From Balanoglossus misakiensis (lineage: Eukaryota; Animalia; Hemichordata): a stretch of 64,000 bases of DNA. Shown here piece by piece: positions 28,950 through 41,834 of this stretch; positions within the stretch are counted from its first letter, which is position 1; the number at the start of each line of letters is the position of its first letter. Location of the stretch: positions 10,495,309 to 10,559,308 of the forward strand of contig CM082591.2 in the NCBI GenBank assembly GCA_040954595.2, in the 5' to 3' direction. Both the position numbers and the translations under genes were made by a program. The notes below the pieces were generated by a model. It had not been told where the DNA came from, ran no database searches, and was given only the letters and a program-made list of their open reading frames with translations.

Positions 28950-31130
28950 ATCTACAGAGTCTAGTGGAAAACTTTCTTATGCGCATAGACCTATCATGTG
29001 TTCTGCGCATCACAACAGAATTTTGTAAACAAACGAGGCTGTGTTTGGAAGCAACAATGGAAACTTTAGAACTATCCGTCGATCTACAGAGTCTAGAGGC
29101 AAACTTTCTTATCCTCATAGACCTATCATGTGTTCTGCGCATCACAACAGAATTTTGTAAACAAACAAGGCTGTGTTTGGAAGCAACCATGCAAACTTTA
29201 GAACTATCCGTCGATCTACAGAGTCTAGTGGAAAACTTTCTTATCCTCATAGGCCTATCATGTGTTCTGCGCATCACAACAGAATTTTGTAAACAAACGA
29301 GGCTGTGTTTGGAAGCAACAATGGAAACTTTAGAACTATCCGTCGATCTACAGAGTCTAGTGGAAAACTTTCTTATCCTCATAGACCTATCATGTGTTCT
29401 GCGCATCACAACAGAATTTTGTAAACAAACGAGGCTGTGTTTGGAAGCAACAATGGAAAGTTTAGAACTATCCGTCGATCTACAGAGTCTAGTGGAAAAC
29501 TTTCTTATGCGCATAGACCTATCATGTGTTCTGCGCATCACAACAGAATTTTGTAAACAAACGAGGCTGTGTTTGGAAGCAACCATGGAAACTTTAGAAC
29601 TATCCGTCGATCTACAGAGTCTAGTGGAAAACTTTATTATGCGCATAGACCTATCATGTGTTCTGCGCATCACAACAGAATTTTGTAAACAAACGAGGCT
29701 GTGTTTGGAAGCAACAATGGAAACTTTAGAACTATCCGTCGATCTACAGAGTCTAGAGGCAAACTTTCTTATCCTCATAGACCTATCATGTGTTCTGCGC
29801 ATCACAACAGAATTTTGTAAACAAACAAGGCTGTGTTTGGAAGCAACCATGCAAACTTTAGAACTATCCGTCGATCTACAGAGTCTAGTGGAAAACTTTC
29901 TTATCCTCATAGGCCTATCATGTGTTCTGCGCATCACAACAGAATTTTGTAAACAAACGAGGCTGTGTTTGGAAGCAACAATGGAAACTTTAGAACTATC
30001 CGTCGATCTACAGAGTCTAGTGGAAAACTTTCTTATCCTCATAGACCTATCATGTGTTCTGCGCATCACAACAGAATTTTGTAAACAAACGAGGCTGTGT
30101 TTGGAAGCAACCATGGAAAGTTTAGAACTATCCGTCGATCTACAGAGTCTAGTGGAAAACTTTCTTATGCGCATAGACCTATCATGTGTTCTGCGCATCA
30201 CAACAGAATTTTGTAAACAAACGAGGCTGTGTTTGGAAGCAACCATGGAAACTTTAGAACTATCCGTCGATCTACAGAGTCTAGTGGAAAACTTTCTTAT
30301 CCTCATAGACCTATCATGTGTTCTGCGCATCACAACAGAATTTTGTAAACAAACGAGGCTGTCTTTGGAAGCAACCATGGAAACTTTAGAACTATCCGTC
30401 GATCTACAGAGTCTAGTGGAAAACTTTCTTATGCGCATAGACCTATCATGTGTTCTGCGCATCACAACATAATTTTGTAAACAAACGAGGCTGTGTTTGG
30501 AAGCAACCATGGAAAGTTTAGTACTATCCGTCGATCTACAGAGTCTAGTGGAAAACTTTCTTATGCGCATAGACCTATCATGTGTTCTGCGCATCACAAC
30601 AGAATTTTGTAAACAAACGAGGCTGTGTTTGGAAGCAACAATGGAAACTTTAGAACTATCCGTCGATCTACAGAGTCTAGAGGAAAACTTTCTTATCCTC
30701 ATAGACCTATCATGTGTTCTGCGCATCACAACAGAATTTTGTAAACAAACGAGGCTGTGTTTGGAAGCAACAATGGAAACTTTAGAACTATCCGTCGATC
30801 TACAGAGTCTAGAGGCAAACTTTCTTATCCTCATAGACCTATCATGTGTTCTGCGCATCACAACAGAATTTTGTAAACAAACAAGGCTGTGTTTGGAAGC
30901 AACCATGCAAACTTTAGAACTATCCGTCGATCTACAGAGTCTAGTGGAAAACTTTCTTATCCTCATAGGCCTATCATGTGTTCTGCGCATCACAACAGAA
31001 TTTTGTAAACAAACGAGGCTGTGTTTGGAAGCAACAATGGAAACTTTAGAACTATCCGTCGATCTACAGAGTCTAGTGGAAAACTTTCTTATCCTCATAG
31101 ACCTATCATGTGTTCTGCGCATCACAACAG
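28950..31130. repeat. 660-bp (5-monomer) repeat marked by GAGGCAAAC and ATGCAAAC, two tandem copies plus a third displaced copy
   Basis: GAGGCAAA at ~29096, ~29756 and ~30812, each followed one monomer later by ATGCAAAC. Confidence 0.85.
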
Positions 31131-31449
31131 AATTTTGTAATCAAACGAGGCTGTGTTTGGAAGCAACCATGGAAAGTTTAGAACTATCCGTCGATCTACA
31201 GAGTCTAGTGGAAAACTTTCTTATGCGCATAGACCTATCATGTGTTCTGCGCATCACAACAGAATTTTGTAAACAAACGAGGCTGTGTTTGGAAGCAACC
31301 ATGGAAACTTTAGAACTATCCGTCGATCTACAGAGTCTAGTGGAAATCTTTCTTATCCTCATAGACCTATCATGTGTTCTGCGCATCACAACAGAATTTT
31401 GTAAACAAACGAGGCTGTCTTTGGAAGCAACCATGGAAACTTTAGAACT

Positions 31450-33050
31450 ATCCGTCGATCTACAGAGTCTAGTGGAAAACTTTCTTATGCGCATAGACCT
31501 ATCATGTGTTCTGCGCATCACAACAGAATTTTGTAAACAAACGAGGCTGTGTTTGGAAGCAACCATGGAAAGTTTAGTACTATCCGTCGATCTACAGAGT
31601 CTAGTGGAAAACTTTCTTTTGCGCATAGACCTATCATGTGTTCTGCGCATCACAACAGAATTTTGTAAACAAACGAGGCTGTGTTTGGAAGCAACAATGG
31701 AAACTTTAGAACTATCCGTCGATCTACAGAGTCTAGTGGAAAACTTTCTTATCCTCATAGACCTATCATGTGTTCTGCGCATCACAACAGAATTTTGTAA
31801 ACAAACAAGGCTGTGTTTGGAAGCAACCATGGAAACTTTAGAACTATCCGTCGATCTACAGAGTCTAGTGGAAAACTTTCTTATGCGCATAGACCTATCA
31901 TGTGTTCTGCGCATCACACCAGAATTTTGTAAACAAACGAGGCTGTGTTTGGAAGCAACCATGGAACTATCCGTCGATCTACATAGTCTAATGGAAAACT
32001 TTCTTATCCTCATAGGCCTATCATGTGTTCTGCGCATCACAACAGAATTTTGTAAACAAACGAGGCTGTGTTTGGAAGCATCAATGGAAACTTTAGAACT
32101 ATCCGTCGATCTACAGAGTCTAGTGGAAAACTTTCTTATCCTCATAGACCTATCATGTGTTCTGCGCATCACAACAGAATTTTGTAAACAAACGAGGCTG
32201 TGTTTGGAAGCAACCATGGAAACTTTAGAACTATCCGTCGATCTACAGAGTCTAGTGGAAATCTTTCTTATCCTCATAGACCTATCATGTGTTCTGCGCA
32301 TCACAACATAATTTTGTAAACAAACGAGGCTGTCTTTGGAAGCAACCATGGAAACTTTAGAACTATCCGTCGATCTACAGAGTCTAGTGGAAAACTTTCT
32401 TATGCGCATAGACCTATCATGTGTTCTGCGCATCACAACAGAATTTTGTAAACAAACGAGGCTGTGTTTGGAAGCAACCATGGAAAGTTTAGTACTATCC
32501 GTCGATCTACAGAGTCTAGTGGAAAACTTTCTTATGCGCATAGACCTATCATGTGTTCTGCGCATCACAACAGAATTTTGTAAACAAACGAGGCTGTGTT
32601 TGGAAGCAACAATGGAAACTTTAGAACTATCCGTCGATCTACAGAGTCTAGAGGAAAAGTTTCTTATCCTCATAGACCTATCATGTGTTCTGCGCATCAC
32701 AACAGAATTTTGTAAACAAACAAGGCTGTGTTTGGAAGCAACCATGGAAACTTTAGAACTATCCGTCGATCTACAGAGTCTAGTGGAAAACTTTCTTATG
32801 CGCATAGACCTATCATGTGTTCTGCGCATCACACCAGAATTTTGTAAACAAACGAGGCTGTGTTTGGAAGCAACCATGGAACTATCCGTCGATCTACATA
32901 GTCTAATGGAAAACTTTCTTATCCTCATAGGCCTATCATGTGTTCTGCGCATCACAACAGAATTTTGTAAACAAACGAGGCTGTGTTTGGAAGCATCAAT
33001 GGAAACTTTAGAACTATCCGTCGATCTACAGAGTCTAGTGGAAAACTTTC
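31450..33050. repeat. 915-bp (7-monomer) duplication
   Basis: AGTACT at 31576 and 32491, and ACATAGTC at 31981 and 32896 (915=7x132-9). An earlier AGTACT lies at 30520. Confidence 0.8.
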
Positions 33051-34049
33051 TTATCCTCATAGGCCTATCATGTGTTTTGCGCATCACAACAGAATTCTGT
33101 AAACAAACGAGGCTGTGTTTGGAAGCAACCATGGAAACTTTAGAACTATCCGTCGATCTACAGAGTGTAGTGGAAAACTTTCTTATCCTCATAGCCCTAT
33201 CATGTGTTCTGCGCATCACAACAGAATTTTGTAAACAAACGAGGCTGTGTTTGGAAGCAACAATGGAAACTTTAGAACTATCCTTCGATCTACAGAGTCT
33301 AGAGGAAAACTTTCTTATCCTCATAGACCTATCATGTGTTCTGCGCATCACAATAGAATTTTGTAAACAAACAAGGCTGTGTTTGGAAGCAACCATGGAA
33401 ACTTTAGAACTATCCGTCGATCTACAGAGTCTAGTAGAAAACTTTCTTATCCTCATAGGCCTATGATGTGTTCTGCGCATCACAACAGAATTTTGTAAAC
33501 AAACGAGGCTGTGTTTGGAAGCAACAATGGAAACTTTAGAACTATCCGTCGATCTACAGAGTCTAGTGGAAAACTTTCTTATCCTCATAGACCTATCATG
33601 TGTTCTGCGCATCACAACAGAATTTTGTAAACAAACGAGGCTGTGTTTGGAAGCAACCATGGAAAGTTTAGAACTATCCGTCGATCTACAGAGTCTAGTG
33701 GAAAACTTTCTTATGCGCATAGACCTATCATGTGTTCTGCGCATCACAAGAGAATTTTGTAAACAAATGAGGCTGTGTTTGGAAGCAACCATGGAAACTT
33801 TAGAACTATCCGTCGATCTACAGAGTCTAGTGGAAATCTTTCTTATCCTCATAGACCTATCATGTGTTCTGCGCATCACAACAGAATTTTGTAAACAAAC
33901 AAGGCTGTCTTTGGAAGCAACCATGGAAACTTTAGAACTATCCGTCGATCTACAGAGTCTAGTGGAAAACTTTCTTATGCGCATAGACCTATCATGTGTT
34001 CTGCGCATCACAACAGAATTTTGTAAACAAACGAGGCTGTGTTTGGAAG

Positions 34050-37000
34050 CAACCATGGAAAGTTTAGAACTATCCGTCGATCTACAGAGTCTAGTGGAAA
34101 ACTTTCTTATGCGCATAGACCTATCATGTGTTCTGCGCATCACAAAAGAATTTTGTAAACAAACGAGGCTGTGTTTGGAAGCAACAATGGAAACTTTAGA
34201 ACTATCCGTCGATCTACAGAGTCTAGAGGAAAACTTTCTTATCCTCATAGACCTATCATGTGTTCTGCGCATCACAACAGAATTTTGTAAACAAACAAGG
34301 CTGTGTTTGGAAGCAACCATGGAAACTTTAGAACTATCCGTCGATCTACAGAGTCTAGTGGAAAACTTTCTTATCCTCATAGGCCTATCATGTGTTCTGC
34401 GCATCACAACAGAATTTTGTAAACAAACGAGGCTGTGTTTGGAAGCAACAATGGAAACTTTAGAACTATCCGTCGATCTACAGAGTCTAGTGGAAAACTT
34501 TCTTATCCTCATAGACCTATCATGTGTTCTGCGCATCACAACAGAATTTTGTAAACAAACGAGGCTGTGTTTGGAAGCAACCATGGAAAGTTTAGAACTA
34601 TCCGTCGATCCACAGAGTCTAGTGGAAAACTTTCTTATGCGCATAGACCTATCATGTGTTCTGCGCATCACAACAGAATTTTGTAAACAAACGAGGCTGT
34701 GTTTGGAAGCAACCATGGAAACTTTAGAACTATCCGTCGATCTACAGAGTCTAGTGGAAATCTTTCTTATCCTCATAGACCTATCATGTGTTCTGCGCAT
34801 CACAACAGAATTTTGTAAACAAACGAGGCTGTGTTTGGAAGCAACAATGGAAACTTTAGAACTATCCGTCGATCTACAGAGTCTAGTGGAAAACTTTCTT
34901 ATGCGCATAGACCTATCATGTGTTCTGCGCATCACAACAGAATTTTGTAAACAAACGAGGCTGTGTTTGGAAGCAACCATGGAAAGTTTAGAACTATCCG
35001 TCGATCTACAGAGTCTAGTGGAAAACTTTCTTATCCTCATAGGCCTATCATGTGTTCTGCGCATCACAACAGAATTTTGTAAACAAACGAGGCTGTGTTT
35101 GGAAGCAACAATGGAAACTTTAGAACTATCCGTCGATCTACAGAGTCTAGTGGAAAACTTTCTTATCCTCATAGACCTATCATGTGTTCTGCGCATCACA
35201 ACAGAATTTTGTAAACAAACGAGGCTGTGTTTGGAAGCAACCATGGAAAGTTTAGAACTATCCGTCGATCTACAGAGTCTAGTGGAAAACATTCGTATGC
35301 GCATAGACCTATCATGTGTTCTGCGCATCACAACAGAATTTTGTAAACAAACGAGGCTGTGTTTGGAAGCAACCATGGAAACTTTAGTCTATCCGTCGAT
35401 CTACAGAGTCTAGTGGAAAACTTTCTGATCCTCATAGACCTATCATGTGTTCTGCGCATCACAACAGAATGTTGTAAACAAACGAGGCTGTCTTTGGAAG
35501 CAACCATGGAAACTTTAGAACTATCCGTCGATCTACAGAGTCTAGTGGAAAACTTTCTTATGCGCAATAGACCTATCATGTGTTCTGCGCATCACAACAG
35601 AATTCGGTAAATAAACGAGGGTGTGTTTGGAAGCAACCATGGAAACTTTAGAACTATCCGTCGATCTACAGAGTGCAGTGGAAAACTTTCTTATCCTCAT
35701 AGACCTATCATGTGTTCTGCGCATCACAACAGAATTTTGTAAACAAACGAGGCTGTGTTTGGAAGCAACCATGGAAACTTTAGAACTATCCGTCGATCTA
35801 CAGAGTCTAGTGGAAAACTTTTTATCCTCATAGGCCTATCATGTGTAAACAAACGAGGCTGTGTTTGGAAGCAACCATGGAAACTTTAGAACTATCCGTC
35901 GATCTACAGAGTCTAGTGGAAAACTTTCTTATGCGCATAGACCTATCATGTGTTCTGCGCATCACAAAAGAATTTTGTAAACAAACGAGGCTGTGTTTGG
36001 AAGCAACAATGGAAACTTTAGAACTATCCGTCGATCTACAGAGTCTAGAGGAAAACTTTCTTATCCTCATAGACCTATCATGTGTTCTGCGCATCACAAC
36101 AGAATTTTGTAAACAAACAAGGCTGTGTTTGGAAGCAACCATGGAAACTTTAGAACTATCCGTCGATCTACAGAGTCTAGTGGAAAACTTTCTTATCCTC
36201 ATAGGCCTATCATGTGTTCTGCGCATCACAACAGAATTTTGTAAACAAACGAGGCTGTGTTTGGAAGCAACAATGGAAACTTTAGAACTATCCGTCGATC
36301 TACAGAGTCTAGTGGAAAACTTTCTTATCCTCATAGACCTATCATGTGTTCTGCGCATCACAACAGAATTTTGTAAACAAACGAGGCTGTGTTTGGAAGC
36401 AACCATGGAAAGTTTAGAACTATCCGTCGATCCACAGAGTCTAGTGGAAAACTTTCTTATGCGCATAGACCTATCATGTGTTCTGCGCATCACAACAGAA
36501 TTTTGTAAACAAACGAGGCTGTGTTTGGAAGCAACCATGGAAACTTTAGAACTATCCGTCGATCTACAGAGTCTAGTGGAAATCTTTCTTATCCTCATAG
36601 ACCTATCATGTGTTCTGCGCATCACAACAGAATTTTGTAAACAAACGAGGCTGTCTTTGGAAGCAACAATGGAAACTTTAGAACTATCCGTCGATCTACA
36701 GAGTCTAGTGGAAAACTTTCTTATGCGCATAGACCTATCATGTGTTCTGCGCATCACAACAGAATTTTGTAAACAAACGAGGCTGTGTTTGGAAGCAACC
36801 ATGGAAAGTTTAGAACTATCCGTCGATCTACAGAGTCTAGTGGAAAACTTTCTTATCCTCATAGGCCTATCATGTGTTCTGCGCATCACAACAGAATTTT
36901 GTAAACAAACGAGGCTGTGTTTGGAAGCAACAATGGAAACTTTAGAACTATCCGTCGATCTACAGAGTCTAGTGGAAAACTTTCTTATCCTCATAGACCT

Positions 37001-37700
37001 ATCATGTGTTCTGCGCATCACAACAGAATTTTGTAAACAAACGAGGCTGTGTTTGGAAGCAACCATGGAAAGTTTAGAACTATCCGTCGATCTACAGAGT
37101 CTAGTGGAAAACATTCGTATGCGCATAGACCTATCATGTGTTCTGCGCATCACAACAGAATTTTGTAAACAAACGAGGCTGTGTTTGGAAGCAACCATGG
37201 AAACTTTAGTCTATCCGTCGATCTACAGAGTCTAGTGGAAAACTTTCTGATCCTCATAGACCTATCATGTGTTCTGCGCATCACAACAGAATGTTGTAAA
37301 CAAACGAGGCTGTCTTTGGAAGCAACCATGGAAACTTTAGAACTATCCGTCGATCTACAGAGTCTAGTGGAAAACTTTCTTATGCGCAATAGACCTATCA
37401 TGTGTTCTGCGCATCACAACAGAATCGGTAAATAAACGAGGGTGTGTTTGGAAGCAACCATGGAAACTTTAGAACTATCCGTCGATCTACAGAGTGCAGT
37501 GGAAAACTTTCTTATCCTCATAGGCCTATCATGTGTTCTGCGCATCACAACAGAATTTTGTAAACAAACAAGGCTGTGTTTTGAAGCAACCATGGAAACT
37601 TTAGAACTATCCGTCGATCTACAGAGTCTAGTGGAAAACTTTTTATCCTCATAGGCCTATCATGTGTAAACAAACGAGGCTGTGTTTGGAAGCAACCATG
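34050..37700. repeat. 1822-bp (14-monomer) tandem duplication
   Basis: Matching ORFs at 35359 and 37181, and at 35328 and 37150. CACAAAAG, GATCCAC, ATTCGTATG, TTAGTCTAT and GCAATAG variants are all duplicated. Confidence 0.92.
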
Positions 37701-40100
37701 GAAACTTTAGAACTATCCGTCGATCTGCAGAGTCTAGTGGAAAACTTTCTTATGCGCATAGACCTATCATGTGTTCTGCGCATCACACCAGAATTTTGTA
37801 AACAAACGAGGCTGTGTTTGGAAGCAACCATGGAACTATCCGTCGATCTACAGAGTCTAGTGGAAAACTTTCTTATCCTCATAGACCTATCATGTGTTCT
37901 GCGCATCACAACAGAATTTTGTAAACAAACGAGGCTGTGTTTGGAAGCAACCATGGAAAGTTTAGAACTATCCGTCGATCTACAGAGTCTAGTGGAAAAC
38001 TTTCGTATGCGCATAGACCTATCATGTGTTCTGCGCATCACAACAGAATTTTGTTAACAAACGAGGCTGTGTTTGGAAGCAACCATGGAAACTTTAGTCT
38101 ATCCGTCGATCTACAGAGTCTAGTGGAAAACTTTCTGATCCTCATAGACCTATCATGTGTTCTGCGCATCACAACAGAATGTTGTAAACAAACGAGGCTG
38201 TCTTTGCAAGCAACCATGGAAACTTTAGAACTATCCGTCGATCTACAGACTCTAGTGGAAAACTTTCTTATCCTCATAGGCCTATCATGTGTAAACAAAC
38301 GAGGCTGTGTTTGGAAGCAACCATGGAAACTTTAGAACTATCCGTCGATCTACAGAGTCTAGTGGAAAACTTTCTTATGCGCATAGACCTATCATGTGTT
38401 CTGCGCATCACACCAGAATTTTGTAAACAAACGAGGCTGTGTTTGGAAGCAACCATGGAACTATCCGTCGATCTACAGAGTCTAGTGGAAAACTTTCTTA
38501 TCCTCATAGGCCTATCATGTGTTCTGCGCATCACAACAGAATTTTGTAAACAAACGAGGCTGTGTTTGGAAGCAACAATGGAAACTTTAGAACTATCCGT
38601 CGATCTACAGAGTCTAGTGGAAAACTTTCTTATCCTGATAGGCCTATCATGTGTTTTGCGCATCACAACAGAATTTTGTAAACAAACGAGGCTGTGTTTG
38701 GAAGCAACCATGGAAACTTTAGAACTATCCGTCGATCTACAGAGTGTAGTGGAAAACTTTCTTATCCTCATAGGCCTATCATGTGTTCTGCGCATCACAA
38801 CAGAATTTTGTAAACAAACAAGGCTGTGTTTTGAAGCAACCATGGAAACTTTAGAACTATCCGTCGATCTACAGATTCTAGTGGAAAACTTTTTATCCTC
38901 ATAGGCCTATCATGTGTAAACAAACGAGGCTGTGTTTGGAAGCAACCATGGAAACTTTAGAACTATCCGTCGATCTGCAGAGTCTAGTGGAAAACTTTCT
39001 TATGCGCATAGACCTATCATGTGTTCTGCGCATCACACCAGAATTTTGTAAACAAACGAGGCTGTGTTTGGAAGCAACCATGGAACTATTCGTCGATCTA
39101 CAGAGTCTAGTGGAAAACTTTCTTATCCTCATAGACCTATCATGTGTTCTGCGCATCACAACAGAATTTTGTAAACAAACGAGGCTGTGTTTGGAAGCAA
39201 CCATGGAAAGTTTAGAACTATCCGTCGATCTACAGAGTCTAGTGGAAAACTTTCGTATGCGCATAGACCTATCATGTGTTCTGCGCATCACAACAGAATT
39301 TTGTAAACAAACGAGGCTGTGTTTGGAAGCAACCATGGAAACTTTAGTCTATCCGTCGATCTACAGAGTCTAGTGGAAAACTTTCTGATCCTCATAGACC
39401 TATCATGTGTTCTGCGCATCACAACAGAATGTTGTAAACAAACGAGGCTGTCTTTGCAAGCAACCATGGAAACTTTAGAACTATCCGTCGATCTACAGAC
39501 TCTAGTGGAAAACTTTCTTATCCTCATAGGCCTATCATGTGTAAACAAACGAGGCTGTGTTTGGAAGCAACCATGGAAACTTTAGAACTATCCGTCGATC
39601 TACAGAGTCTAGTGGAAAACTTTCTTATGCGCATAGACCTATCATGTGTTCTGCGCATCACACCAGAATTTTGTAAACAAACGAGGCTGTGTTTGGAAGC
39701 AACCATGGAACTATCCGTCGATCTACAGAGTCTAGTGGAAAACTTTCTTATCCTCATAGGCCTATCATGTGTTCTGCGCATCACAACAGAATTTTGTAAA
39801 CAAACGAGGCTGTGTTTGGAAGCAACAATGGAAACTTTAGAACTATCCGTCGATCTACAGAGTCTAGTGGAAAACTTTCTTATCCTGATAGGCCTATCAT
39901 GTGTTTTGCGCATCACAACAGAATTTTGTAAACAAACGAGGCTGTGTTTGGAAGCAACCATGGAAACTTTAGAACTATCCGTCGATCTACAGAGTGTAGT
40001 GGAAAACTTTCTTATCCTCATAGGCCTATCATGTGTTCTGCGCATCACAACAGAATTTTGTAAACAAACAAGGCTGTGTTTGGAAGCAACCATGGAAACT
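37662..40100. repeat. 1250-bp 10-mer higher-order repeat built from two different 625-bp 5-mers
   Basis: 25-bp-deletion junctions (ATGTGTAAAC) at 37662, 38287, 38912 and 39537. GATCTGCAG, TTGCAAG and CAGACTC variants recur at 1250 bp spacing. Confidence 0.9.
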
Positions 40101-41834
40101 TTAGAACTATCCGTCGATCTACAGAATCTAGTGGAAAACTTTCTTATCCTCATAGGCCTATCATGTGTTCTGCGCATCACAACAGAATTGTGTAAACAAA
40201 CGAGGCTGTGTTTGGAAGCAACCATGGAAACTTTAGAACTATCCGTCGATCTACAGAGTCTAGAGGAAAACTTTCTTATCCTCATAGGCCTATCATGTGT
40301 TCTGCGCATCACAACAGAATTTTGTAAACAAACGAGGCTGTGTTTGGAAGCAACCATGGAAACTTTAGAACTATCCGTCGATCTACAGAGTCTAGTGGAA
40401 AACTTTCTTATGCGCATAGGCCTATCATGTGCTCTGCGCATCACAACTGATTTCCTTAAATAACCGAGGCTGTGTTTGGAAGCATCCATGGAAATTTTAG
40501 AACTATCCGTCGATCTACCGAGTCTATCAGAAAACTTTCTCATGCGCATAGGTCTATCGTGTGTTCTGCGCATCACAACAGATTTCCTCAAATAAACGAG
40601 GCTGTGTTCGGAAGCAACCATGGAAATTTTAGAACTATCCGTCGATCTACTGAGTCTAGTGGAAAACTTTCTTATGCGCATAGGCCTATCTATGTGTTCT
40701 GCGCATCACAAAAGAATTCGGTAAATAAACGAGGGTGTGTTTGGAAACAACCATGGTAACTTTAGAACTATCCGTCGATCTACAGAGTCTAGTGGAAAAC
40801 TTTCTTATGCGCATAGACCTATCATGTGTTCTGCGCATCACACCAGAATTTTGTAAACAAACGAGGCTGTGTTTGGAAGCAACCATGGAACTATCCGTCG
40901 ATCTACAGAGTCTAGTGGAAAACTTTCTTATCCTGATAGGCCTATCATGTGTTTTGCGCATCACAACAGAATTTTGTAAACAAACGAGGCTGTGTTTGGA
41001 AGCAACCATGGAAACTTTAGAACTATCCGTCGATCTACAGAGTGTAGTGGAAAACTTTCTTATCCTCATAGGCCTATCATGTGTTCTGCGCATCACAACA
41101 GAATTTTGTAAACAAACAAGGCTGTGTTTTGAAGCAACCATGGAAACTTTAGAACTATCCGTCGATCTACAGATTCTAGTGGAAAACTTTTTATCCTCAT
41201 AGGCCTATCATGTGTAAACAAACGAGGCTGTGTTTGGAAGCAACCATGGAAACTTTAGAACTATCCGTCGATCTGCAGAGTCTAGTGGAAAACTTTCTTA
41301 TGCGCATAGACCTATCATGTGTTCTGCGCATCACACCAGAATTTTGTAAACAAACGAGGCTGTGTTTGGAAGCAACCATGGAACTATTCGTCGATCTACA
41401 GAGTCTAGTGGAAAACTTTCTTATCCTCATAGACCTATCATGTGTTCTGCGCATCACAACAGAATTTTGTAAACAAACGAGGCTGTGTTTGGAAGCAACC
41501 ATGGAAAGTTTAGAACTATCCGTCGATCTACAGAGTCTAGTGGAAAACTTTCGTATGCGCATAGACCTATCATGTGTTCTGCGCATCACAACAGAATTTT
41601 GTAAACAAACGAGGCTGTGTTTGGAAGCAACCATGGAAACTTTAGTCTATCCGTCGATCTACAGAGTCTAGTGGAAAACTTTCTGATCCTCATAGACCTA
41701 TCATGTGTTCTGCGCATCACAACAGAATGTTGTAAACAAACGAGGCTGTCTTTGCAAGCAACCATGGAAACTTTAGAACTATCCGTCGATCTACAGACTC
41801 TAGTGGAAAACTTTCTTATCCTCATAGGCCTATC

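Noticed and set aside
23302-31125. 2607-aa minus-strand basic repeat ORF and its relatives
   Set aside because: Antisense reading of the same satellite; ORF ends coincide with single-base variants.
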